A stretch of DNA of 30,925 nucleotides from an uncultured bacterium (GCA_965662235.1 CBFIGY010000034.1:1-30925), one strand, 5' to 3'. Positions 9,483 to 17,556 are shown, numbered from the stretch's first letter. Made by a program: numbers and translations. The notes: generated by a model not told the origin, from the letters alone.

Positions 9483-10655
9483 TCAAGGCACCTGACAGGC
9501 GTCTAGGAGGGGATCCTCTTGACCTAAAACCAGTTGGGCGGCCAGTTCTCCAAGCGCCTCCGAGGACTTGGCGGCTTTGCCGCATCCTCCTGTGGCAACG
9601 AAGAAGCCGGGGGCGACGGAATGCAGAAACGGCCGACCGGTGGCGGTGTAAACGGTGACGCACGGCTTATGGTGCATCGGAGACTCAGCGACTCCGGGAA
9701 TCAGGTCCACCAGCGCGTTCCGCAGGGGGACTTCGTCTTCTCGGCTGCCGCCGGTCTGAAACCACTCCCGCAGTTCGGTTCCTGAAGCCGCAGTCCGGAG
9801 CGGGAGGTTGCTGCCGCCAATCTTGAGGTACACCTTTCCATCCGGATACGGAACCGGTGGGAGGAGGTACACGTCTTCCAACCGAGGGTGCTGGTCGTAG
9901 TCCACCAGCAGCGCCGGCATGTCCTGAAACGTCTCCTGCTGTGCCGCAGAAAGTTCTGCAAAGACGACAATCCGGGTCCGGAGCTGCAGGGGCAGGGGCG
10001 TGGGCAGCAGTTCGTTGACGAACCCCCCGCCGCACAGCAGCACCTGCTCCGCGTGGCAGAGCGTGCCCTCCAGCTGCACGTCCCAGCCGGTGCTTCCTGA
10101 GCGAACCGCTTGGGCTTGTTGCGGCAACCAAGTGGCTCCCGCTTGCTGGGCCAGCCGGGCCTGAGCGCGGATGAGCTGCCGGGGATTGATCCAGCCGGCG
10201 GTCCCGGTTTCCAGATGCCCCTTGAGTCCCGTTGGCTGAAGCCACGGAAAGCGCTGGGCCAGGGCGGAAGCCGACAGCGTCTCCAGCGGCAGCTCGAGCT
10301 GGGCGGCGACGTCCTGCAGCGACTGGTGCCGGGCGTCAAACCCGGGGGCTTCTGGTGCCAGCTGCAGGCAGCTTCCGGGATGAAAGAAGGGGACGCCACT
10401 GGCGGCTTCCAAGGCAGCGTAGCGGTCCACGGAGCGTCGTGCGAGTTCCGCCCAGAAGGGATCTGCGTCCAGCTTACGAGTGATCCGGGCCTCATCGTAG
10501 TGACTGGCAAAGACCCCGGTGTGCTGCGTCCAGTCCGTTGGCTCGGGAGGCGCCGCCACGGTGACCGCCTTTCCTGCCTGTGCGAGGTGCCGGGCGGCAG
10601 CGGAGCCAATCAGGCCCCCCCCTATGACAAGGACCTCGGTGCGGTGCGGCGTCAC
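9483..10655 (-). CDS. FAD-dependent oxidoreductase, DAO / monomeric sarcosine oxidase-like
   Basis: VIGGGLIGSAAA Rossmann motif, ASHYDEARITR, GWINP, KPCVTVYT, GGCGKAAK. Confidence 0.85.
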   Translation of the reverse strand: MTPHRTEVLVIGGGLIGSAAARHLAQAGKAVTVAAPPEPTDWTQHTGVFASHYDEARITRKLDADPFWAELARRSVDRYAALEAASGVPFFHPGSCLQLAPEAPGFDARHQSLQDVAAQLELPLETLSASALAQRFPWLQPTGLKGHLETGTAGWINPRQLIRAQARLAQQAGATWLPQQAQAVRSGSTGWDVQLEGTLCHAEQVLLCGGGFVNELLPTPLPLQLRTRIVVFAELSAAQQETFQDMPALLVDYDQHPRLEDVYLLPPVPYPDGKVYLKIGGSNLPLRTAASGTELREWFQTGGSREDEVPLRNALVDLIPGVAESPMHHKPCVTVYTATGRPFLHSVAPGFFVATGGCGKAAKSSEALGELAAQLVLGQEDPLLDACQVP

Positions 10656-10660
10656 AGGAG

Positions 10661-11251
10661 TCAGTCGAGGCTGTTCAGCTCGGCTCGTGTCTTGATGACT
10701 CGGTCGAGCAGTCCAAAATCGAGGGCCTCGGAGGCGGTGAACCAGTTGTCCCGGTCAATGGCCTTCTTGATCTCATCATAGTCGCGACCCGTGTGCTCTG
10801 AGTAGATGTTGATGATGTGGTCGCGCATCTTCAGGATTTCCTTGGCTTGAATCTCACAGTCCGTCGCCCGTCCCTGGTAGCCCATCAGCAGGGGCTGGTG
10901 GATCATGATCTTCGCCTGCGGCATGGCGAAGCGGCGTCCGGGATCAGCGGCAAGGCTCAGCAACGAACCCATGCTGGCGGCAAATCCGGTCACCATGGTG
11001 GTGACGGGACAGGAGATGAAGCGCAGAGTGTCAAAAATGGCAAAACCCGAATAAATCTCGCCTCCGGGGGAGTTGATGAACACGGTGACGCCAGAGTCGG
11101 GGTCCTCCTGCTCCAGCACCACCAGCTGGTTCAGCACCTTGGCTGCCAGCTCTGAGTTGACCTGCTGGGAGATGACAATGGTCCGGGATTTCAGAAGCTT
11201 GGCCGCTAATCCCGCATTCTCGGGCGACTCTTCTTTTTTCTCCTCACTCAT
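10661..11251 (-). CDS. clpP: ATP-dependent Clp protease proteolytic subunit (short-N-terminus paralog)
   Basis: FINSPGG, AASMG (Ser), IMIHQP (His), DRDNW (Asp), FGLLD. Confidence 0.95.
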   Translation of the reverse strand: MSEEKKEESPENAGLAAKLLKSRTIVISQQVNSELAAKVLNQLVVLEQEDPDSGVTVFINSPGGEIYSGFAIFDTLRFISCPVTTMVTGFAASMGSLLSLAADPGRRFAMPQAKIMIHQPLLMGYQGRATDCEIQAKEILKMRDHIINIYSEHTGRDYDEIKKAIDRDNWFTASEALDFGLLDRVIKTRAELNSLD

Positions 11252-11302
11252 GATCACTTTCTCTCTTTCTCAAAATAGGGGGAAGAATATCAGTTTTGGT
11301 TC

Positions 11303-11331
11303 AAGTTAGGGGACGGTTTTTGGGAAAGCAA
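11303..11331 (-). promoter_or_regulatory. Putative sigma70 promoter for clpP
   Basis: TTGCTT-N17-TAACTT on the minus strand, preceded by an A-tract. Confidence 0.45.
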
Positions 11332-11394
11332 GATTTTTTGTCTCACCCTCCTCTCCCGTCTTGGTTCGAACCAGGAGTCCAGCTAGGCCTAGGG

Positions 11395-12564
11395 TCAGCT
11401 CAGCAGGGTCCGCTCCAGCAACCACCAGGCGCCCACGAGGGACACAACCAGCGAGCCCGGAACCACCACCCGTGGACGGTACCAGTTCTTTTGCTTGCCC
11501 CAGTACCCCACCAGGGCAAAGGCGATGGCAATCACCGTCAACTGCCCCAACTCCACGCCGATGTTGAAGGCGATCAGGCCCTCGAGGTAGGCGTCCCGGG
11601 GCAGTCCAATCTCAAAGAGGACGCTGGCGAAGCCGAGGCCGTGCAGCAGGCCAAAGACGAACACCACCACCGGACGCCACTTCTGAAGGTGATCGGTGAA
11701 CATGTTTTCGACCCCCACATAGATAATGGAGGCCGCAATGAGCGGTTCCACAATGCTGGAAGGCAGCTGCACCCAACCGTAGATGCTGAGCCCAAGGGTG
11801 ATGGAGTGCGCAACCGTGAAGGCGGTCACCTGGGTGAGGAGTGGCTTCCAGTGGGCGCTGAGGAGGAAGATTCCCAGCACAAAAAGAATGTGGTCGAGGC
11901 CCTCAGGGAGGATGTGCTCAAATCCGATCTTGACGTAATCCCAGAAGCGCTCAAGGCGACTCCGTGGGTCGACTCCCTCCAGGGGCACCGGGTCACTGGG
12001 GGTGCCGTTTTGCAGCCATGCCGAGTAGCCCTCTTCGTCTCCAGTGATGGGAAGGACCCGGATGACGCTGGAGCCAAAGGTGTCTTGCCACTGCCAGACA
12101 AAGTGGGTGGTTCCCAGAGGAACGGTTCCGCTCAGCACCACCTCTGAGATCCGTGCAATGGCGAGGTCTCCGACCTCTGGAATCCGGACGTCGCTCACCT
12201 CAGGCTCCCCTGGGGTGTCGTTGAAGCGGAGCTGGACCCCTTGGAGGAAGGGGGTGGTGAAGTTGGCAAACTCCTGGCGCAGGGCTTCCGGAGGCAGCTC
12301 ACGCAACTCATTGTACTGGGTGGCGTTCGGGGAGTCGTCCGTATCTTCGTGGTTGGCGCCGATTCCGGAAAGAAGGGCTTCCAGATTGAGACTGATCGTG
12401 ATGGAGTATTCTCCTGCAGGAGTGACCTGCAGGGTCGCAATGGCGGGGCGGATTTCATGGCCCCAGCCCACTCGACCTCCGAGGAGAAGTAGGAGCAGCA
12501 CCAGCCCTCCGACTCCTTGCCAACGAAGCAATGAAGACCTCCAAAAAGCGTATCGAGTTGTCAT
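11395..12564 (-). CDS. HupE/UreJ-family membrane protein with N-terminal extracytoplasmic domain
   Basis: Signal peptide ending GWG-HE. GFEHIL..GLDHILF, TAFTVAHSITL, VEPLIAASI, FGLLHGLGFA and FNIGVELGQL motifs. AGGAG 9 nt before the ATG. Confidence 0.9.
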   Translation of the reverse strand: MTTRYAFWRSSLLRWQGVGGLVLLLLLLGGRVGWGHEIRPAIATLQVTPAGEYSITISLNLEALLSGIGANHEDTDDSPNATQYNELRELPPEALRQEFANFTTPFLQGVQLRFNDTPGEPEVSDVRIPEVGDLAIARISEVVLSGTVPLGTTHFVWQWQDTFGSSVIRVLPITGDEEGYSAWLQNGTPSDPVPLEGVDPRSRLERFWDYVKIGFEHILPEGLDHILFVLGIFLLSAHWKPLLTQVTAFTVAHSITLGLSIYGWVQLPSSIVEPLIAASIIYVGVENMFTDHLQKWRPVVVFVFGLLHGLGFASVLFEIGLPRDAYLEGLIAFNIGVELGQLTVIAIAFALVGYWGKQKNWYRPRVVVPGSLVVSLVGAWWLLERTLLS

Positions 12565-13357
12565 GAAAAAAATCTCCTGGTTGATTGGGTTGGGAGCACT
12601 CCTGACCGTCCTGCTGGCTCCTGTGGGGCAGGCTCACGAGTTCTGGATTGAGCCTGAGGGCACTTCGGCCCAAGTTGGGGTTCCTCTCAAGGTCCGCCTC
12701 TACGTGGGGCAGCACCTGCGTGGGAATCAGCAGCCTTACATCACCTCTTGGTTTGAGGCGTTCATGCTGCATGACGCCCAAGGCTCACGGCCCGTGAAGG
12801 GCATGATGGGCGACATTCCCGCCCTCTCCATGAAGCCTCGGACTTCAGGATTGCAGATCGTCCACTATTGGTCCACCCCCGATCGCCTCAAGTACCTCTC
12901 TGCAGAGCAGTTTGCCCGCTTCATTGACTATGAGGGCCTGACCACCTTGAAGGCCCGGCACGAGGCCCGGAACCTTCCGCCCTTCGGCTTTGAAGAGGAC
13001 TACGTCCGGTGTGCCAAGGCCCTGGTGCCTGTGGAAGACGCCACGGGCGCCGATCGCCTGATCGGGATGCCGATTGAGCTGCTTGCTGAAGAGAACCCCT
13101 ACACCGGGGCTGCGGACCGTCTGCCTGTTCGCCTCTTCTGGCAGGGTGAACCGTTGGCCGATACGCAGATTCGGGTGTTTCAGAAGACGGAAGACGTCGT
13201 GGAGCGCACCCTCCGGACCGATGCCTCTGGACGAGCGTCCATTGACCTAGCAGGCGGAGGGTTCTTCCTTCTCAGCGCGGTGCACCTCACCGAACTGGAT
13301 GGCAGCAACGGCGCCGTTTGGAAGAGCTACTGGGCCTCACTGACCTTCCGTCGCTGA
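12563..13357 (+). CDS. DUF4198-family exported protein (putative metal-uptake associated)
   Basis: MKKISW... signal peptide, then AHEFWIEP. Also Y.RCAKALV, G.PIEL...NPY, L.WQGEPL, RTDA.GRA and SYWASLTF. The ORF-track extension back to 12044 is antisense to the HupE gene. Confidence 0.82.
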   Translation: MKKISWLIGLGALLTVLLAPVGQAHEFWIEPEGTSAQVGVPLKVRLYVGQHLRGNQQPYITSWFEAFMLHDAQGSRPVKGMMGDIPALSMKPRTSGLQIVHYWSTPDRLKYLSAEQFARFIDYEGLTTLKARHEARNLPPFGFEEDYVRCAKALVPVEDATGADRLIGMPIELLAEENPYTGAADRLPVRLFWQGEPLADTQIRVFQKTEDVVERTLRTDASGRASIDLAGGGFFLLSAVHLTELDGSNGAVWKSYWASLTFRR

Positions 13358-13359
13358 TC

Positions 13360-14235
13360 TCAGTTGAGCGGGTTGGCTGACGCCTCCACCTCGGCTCGGG
13401 TGAGGTGGTACTGGGTCTTGCAGTACTCGCAGGTCACCTCCAGGGTCTCTTCCCCGGGCTCAAACAGACCGTCGCGTTCCTGCGCATACACGAGGTGAAT
13501 GTTCCGGATCATCTGCGCCTTCGAGCAAGGGCAGGCAAAGGTCACGGTCCGTTGGGCGAGTAAGCGGAATCCCAGAGGCTGCAGAGCTTCAGCAATCGCC
13601 TGCTCCCCCATCAACGCCCGGGCAAACACCTCGTGGATGCCGTGAGCCAGCGTCTGCCGGCGTTGCTCCAGCGCTTCCGGGGAGTAGTCATACTCGTCCG
13701 GGTCATTGGGAAGCGGAGGCAGCTGGTGCAGCATCACGCTCTGATCACTGTGGGGCGAAACCGTGACCACGCTGTTGACCTGATACGATTCCCGCAGCAC
13801 CTGATTGATGATCTCCCGCAACGGCAGTTCCTCTGCCTGCAGAATCGACTGATAGGGCTTCCGGTTGTCATTAAACAGCTTCTGCACCCGGATGGTCCCG
13901 GTGAGCTTTTCGGGAAACTCCTGAAAGTCTTCCGGCAGAAGCATGCAGCGGGACGAGCCCTGGTGCCCGGTTTCCAGCTTCAGCCGAAAGTACGGGGCCT
14001 CGCTGTCGAGGTAGAAACCCAGCTGTTCCCGCCCCTTCAGCAGCGCAATCATTGGCTGCACGCTCAGCACCACCTCCCGGAAGTAGGCAAAGCCGTCTCC
14101 CTGAATCGGGTGGATCAGGGCGAGGTCCCGGATGAGCTTCTGGCCCTCCAGGAAGTACAGGGCAAATTCACGGGCTTCATCAATAAAGGTCAGGAGCCGA
14201 CTCTCCGCAAGGTCATCAGGTACAGGGTTCAGCAT
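13360..14235 (-). CDS. hslO: Hsp33-family redox-regulated chaperone (divergent)
   Basis: C-terminal F.CPCS ... EVTCEYC.TQY Zn-switch motif and ..L..SYQ segment; about 290 aa from the ATG at 14235. Confidence 0.8.
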   Translation of the reverse strand: MLNPVPDDLAESRLLTFIDEAREFALYFLEGQKLIRDLALIHPIQGDGFAYFREVVLSVQPMIALLKGREQLGFYLDSEAPYFRLKLETGHQGSSRCMLLPEDFQEFPEKLTGTIRVQKLFNDNRKPYQSILQAEELPLREIINQVLRESYQVNSVVTVSPHSDQSVMLHQLPPLPNDPDEYDYSPEALEQRRQTLAHGIHEVFARALMGEQAIAEALQPLGFRLLAQRTVTFACPCSKAQMIRNIHLVYAQERDGLFEPGEETLEVTCEYCKTQYHLTRAEVEASANPLN

Positions 14236-14472
14236 GTTTCTCAGGGAACGCGTCACAGGGGTTAAAGAGAGGAAATGAGTCTCCTGACAGAGTAAGCGCA
14301 ATCCGGATCTTTGTGAAGCCCGGACTTTGGTCCCCTCCCCCTGAGCCGACTGCAGACGCAGGGGACGGTTGACATTTTCGCGCAGGCACCGTCTCATGGC
14401 CACTCACCGACCCCAACGGTCGCTGCCTCAACCGCCTGGGACCGCCCCTGACTCCTTTCTTCACCAGATGCC

Positions 14473-15072
14473 ATGCCTGCCCAAATCCGCAACCTCCAGT
14501 CTCAGCTGCTCTCGGACAACTGGTCCCTGCTGCACAAACACACCTTTGAACTGCAGCACCCAGATGGCACCTGGCGGTTCATGGAGCGGGAGACCCACAA
14601 CCACGGAAATGGCAGCACCGTCCTCCTCTACCACCGCGACCGCCGTACCGTCTTGCTGACACGCCAGTTTCGCTTGCCCACCTTTGTCAACGGCAACCCG
14701 GAAGGAACGCTCCTGGAGGCGCCAGGAGGGCTGATTGAAGGCGATCCGGAAGCCTCCATCAAGCGTGAGGTGGAGGAGGAAACCGGCTACCGGATCCCGT
14801 CTGTCCAGAAGCTCTTTGAAGCCTACATGTCTCCTGGCACCATCACAGAGCTGGTCCACTTCTTCCTCGCCGAGTACACCGACGCGATGAAGGTCCATGC
14901 CGGTGGAGGCCTAGAGGAGGAGCAGGAGTTCATTGAAGTCCTTGAGCTCGACTTTGAAGATGCCTTTGCGCGGGTGGCATCCGGACAAATCAGGGATGGC
15001 AAAACCATTCTGCTCCTCCAGCATGCCAAGCTCCTGGGACTGTTTGAGTCGGCACCGCAGGAGGCCCTCTAA
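14473..15072 (+). CDS. nudK: Nudix hydrolase, GDP-mannose pyrophosphatase NudK-like
   Basis: LLSDNW, VLLTRQFRLP, Nudix box GLIEGDPEASIKREVEEETGY, YMSPG, GGGLEEEQE, IRDGKTILLLQ. Confidence 0.85.
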   Translation: MPAQIRNLQSQLLSDNWSLLHKHTFELQHPDGTWRFMERETHNHGNGSTVLLYHRDRRTVLLTRQFRLPTFVNGNPEGTLLEAPGGLIEGDPEASIKREVEEETGYRIPSVQKLFEAYMSPGTITELVHFFLAEYTDAMKVHAGGGLEEEQEFIEVLELDFEDAFARVASGQIRDGKTILLLQHAKLLGLFESAPQEAL

Positions 15073-15243
15073 GTTCCCCAATAGCCTCTCTTTTTCCACC
15101 CACACTTTCCTCCCCAGTGATTCCTTTGGGGGTTCAAAGCGGAGAACGCCTTTGCGGAAAGACGCATCGTTTCGGACAAAAATGATGCGCTGCTTCCGGA
15201 GAATTTTTTCTGAAATGTTCTGAAAAATCAGCAAGGTTTGAGC

Positions 15244-15271
15244 TTGATTGCTCCCGGGCCATCGGTATGAT
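15244..15271 (+). promoter_or_regulatory. Putative sigma70 promoter for the caspase-FGE gene
   Basis: TTGATT-N16-TATGAT. This supports the ATG at 15312 over the one at 15267. Confidence 0.45.
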
Positions 15272-15311
15272 CCTCCCATGCCCGCCGCGCCCTGCTGTCT
15301 CAGAAACCTTG

Positions 15312-17033
15312 ATGCCCCAACGAATTGGAACCTCTCTGCTTTTGCTGATGCTGATGCTCTCTGGACTCAATGCTCAGGAACGGGGCGTGGCGCCGGTGGC
15401 TTCTCCTTCAACCTCCCCCTCGGCTTCGCGTTTGGCGCTGGTGGTGGGGAACTCGGCTTATGAGCACACCAGCCCGTTACGGAATCCGGCCAATGACGCC
15501 CGGGCCATGGCGACGGCGTTGGAGCAACTCGGTTTTGCAGTCACCCAACTGGTCGATGCCCGTCAGCGGGAGATGGAAGTCCAGATTGAGCGGTTTGGGC
15601 AGCAACTGCGGCAGCAGAAAGGCGTGGGGCTGTTTTACTTTGCAGGACACGGAATCCAAGTGGGTGGGGAGAACTTCCTGCTTCCGGTGGAGATTGCTCC
15701 AAAAACCGAGGCGGACATCAAGTATGACGCGGTTCCGGTGGGAAAGCTGTTGGGGCAGATGGAGGCGGCGGGGAATGGAATGAACCTTGTCATTCTGGAT
15801 GCCTGTCGCAACAACCCCTTCAAGCGGAGCTTCCGTTCCGCTCAGCGGGGGCTGGCGCAGGTGGTGGCGCCCACAGGGACCTTCATTTCTTATGCAACCG
15901 CGCCCGGAAGCATTGCCGCAGATGGCGACGGAGGGAATGGTCTGTTCACCGAAAAACTCCTTCAGCATTTGCAGACCCCTGGGCTGAAGCTCGAAGAGGT
16001 CTTCAAGCGCGTCCGCATTGAGGTTCAACGCGACAGCAACAACCAGCAGGTGCCTTGGGATTCCTCTTCCCTGACCGGAGACTTCTTCTTCCGTCCTCGT
16101 CCGGAAGCCACCAAACCGGCTCGCCAGAAAGCGGCTCCAGCACCGACGTCTGCGGCCCTTGCCCGTCAGGCGTGGAAGCTTGTGGAGGAATCGAACAATC
16201 CGGACGCGCTTCGGGCCTTCATTCGGAAGTTTCCCCAGTCGCCGCAGCGGGAACTCGCGGAGCTGAAGCTCGTGCTCCTGAAACCGGATCTGGTGGAGCC
16301 TGAAGAAGCTCCGGAGCCGGTCCCAGGGCCACCCGAGCCTCCGGTGCCGCCCTACCAGGAGCCGCTGACCGGAATGACCTTCATTCGACTTCCCGGGGGA
16401 CTGTTTCAGATGGGAAGCCTGCCTTCTGAAGCCGGGTACCGGGCTGATGAAACCTCCCACCCGGTCACCCTCAGTCCCTTCTGGATGGCAAAGACAGAAG
16501 TCACTCAGGCCCAGTGGAAGGTGATCATGGGCAGCAACCCGTCTCGTTTCAAGAGTGATGACCGGCCGGTGGAACGGGTGAGCTGGGACGAGGTGCAGGC
16601 CTTCATCAAACGGCTCAATGCACGGACCGGAGAAACCTTCACGCTTCCAACAGAGGCGCAGTGGGAGTACGCCTGCCGGGCGGGGACGCAAACGGTTTAC
16701 TCCTGGGGCGTTCTGATTGGTGAGAACCAGGCCAACTGCCGGACCTGTGGCGACACGTGGCAGAACACTGCTCCGGTGGGACGCTTTGCCCCCAATGCAC
16801 TTGGCCTGCATGACCTGAGTGGGAATGTCTGGGAGTGGGTGCAGGACGCGTATGCGGATTATCCGGCAACTGAGGTCACTGATCCCGAGTCACGCTCGGG
16901 CACCTATCGGGTGAGCCGAGGGGGCAGCTGGTCGAACGCCGGGGGCCTGCTTCGGTGCGCCTACCGGAACTCCCATGATGCCTTTTACGCCAACAGCAAC
17001 CTGGGCTTTCGCCTGAGCCGAGTGGCCGAGTGA
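15312..17033 (+). CDS. Exported peptidase C14 (caspase-like) + FGE-sulfatase/C-type-lectin-fold domain protein
   Basis: Signal peptide (LLLLMLMLSGLNA-QE). C14 motifs RLALVVGNSAY, LRNPANDA, FYFAGHG, ILDACRNNP, QVPW. Pro-rich linker. FGE motifs FQMGS, TEVTQAQW, PVERVSW, LPTEAQWEYACRAG, GNVWEW, RGGSW, GFR. Confidence 0.92.
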   Translation: MPQRIGTSLLLLMLMLSGLNAQERGVAPVASPSTSPSASRLALVVGNSAYEHTSPLRNPANDARAMATALEQLGFAVTQLVDARQREMEVQIERFGQQLRQQKGVGLFYFAGHGIQVGGENFLLPVEIAPKTEADIKYDAVPVGKLLGQMEAAGNGMNLVILDACRNNPFKRSFRSAQRGLAQVVAPTGTFISYATAPGSIAADGDGGNGLFTEKLLQHLQTPGLKLEEVFKRVRIEVQRDSNNQQVPWDSSSLTGDFFFRPRPEATKPARQKAAPAPTSAALARQAWKLVEESNNPDALRAFIRKFPQSPQRELAELKLVLLKPDLVEPEEAPEPVPGPPEPPVPPYQEPLTGMTFIRLPGGLFQMGSLPSEAGYRADETSHPVTLSPFWMAKTEVTQAQWKVIMGSNPSRFKSDDRPVERVSWDEVQAFIKRLNARTGETFTLPTEAQWEYACRAGTQTVYSWGVLIGENQANCRTCGDTWQNTAPVGRFAPNALGLHDLSGNVWEWVQDAYADYPATEVTDPESRSGTYRVSRGGSWSNAGGLLRCAYRNSHDAFYANSNLGFRLSRVAE

Positions 17034-17222
17034 GGAAACCGGAGACGGCGCCAGTGGTGAGCTTCTAACGCGCTGCAGAAGGGCTCCCAGAACACGGGCT
17101 GTCGCAGCAAAGCTCCCCCTCGGTGAAGAACCGAAGGCTGATCAAAAAAGCAGGGAAAACCAAGGGGCGGAGGCGAAGGGGTTTCGCCAGAAATGCGGGG
17201 CAACGGAGGCGTTGCAGTAGAA

Positions 17223-17298
17223 TGGCTCCCCGAGCCGGACTCGAACCAGCGACCCGGTGATTAACAGTCACCTGCTCTACCAACTGAGCTATCGGGGA
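17223..17298 (-). tRNA. tRNA-Asn(GTT)
   Basis: TCCCCGATAGCTCAGTTGGTAGAGCAGGTGACTGTTAATCACCGGGTCGCTGGTTCGAGTCCGGCTCGGGGAGCCA: 76-nt cloverleaf with GTT anticodon and encoded CCA. Confidence 0.98.
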
Positions 17299-17318
17299 GT
17301 GAGCTAACGCAAACCGCT

Positions 17319-17347
17319 ATCATACGAGGCCCCGATTCCCGATGCAA
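17319..17347 (-). promoter_or_regulatory. Sigma70 promoter of tRNA-Asn
   Basis: TTGCAT-N17-TATGAT with an upstream A-tract (UP-element-like), ending about 20 nt before the tRNA. Confidence 0.65.
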
Positions 17348-17441
17348 GCAATTTTTTTGAGAGCTTCGGACTTCAGGGGACCAAGGGGCCGGAGGAGCGG
17401 CGCGCTCAGGAGGGGTTTCTCACGAAGGAAGTGCTTTCTGA

Positions 17442-17473
17442 TTGACTTTTGAGCGAGTTTTGCGAAAATTCGC
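17442..17473 (+). promoter_or_regulatory. Putative promoter and overlapping inverted-repeat operator for the Liv-type operon
   Basis: TTGACT-N16-GAAAAT with a TGn extension, plus the inverted repeat GCGAGTTTT-gcg-AAAATTCGC at 17453-17473. Confidence 0.45.
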
Positions 17474-17556
17474 ACGCTCTGAACCGCCCGGGAGGAAGCC
17501 CGGGTCAGGCACCAGGGGGATCATTCCTTATTATACACCCAGTCAGGAGAGAACTC

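Noticed and set aside
11275..11306. Sigma32-like CTTGAA...CCCCCTAT upstream of clpP
   Set aside because: The spacer is 17 nt, longer than the 13-15 nt consensus. A sigma70-type match fits at least as well.
11355..11385. GGTTCGAA as a tRNA fragment or att site
   Set aside because: The loop geometry is not a T-arm and the flanks do not match tRNA-Asn.
12044..12562. 173-codon N-terminal extension of the DUF4198 ORF
   Set aside because: Lies antisense within the HupE/UreJ gene. The signal peptide starts at ATG 12563.
15477..16811. 444-aa minus-strand ORF
   Set aside because: Antisense shadow of the caspase-FGE gene.
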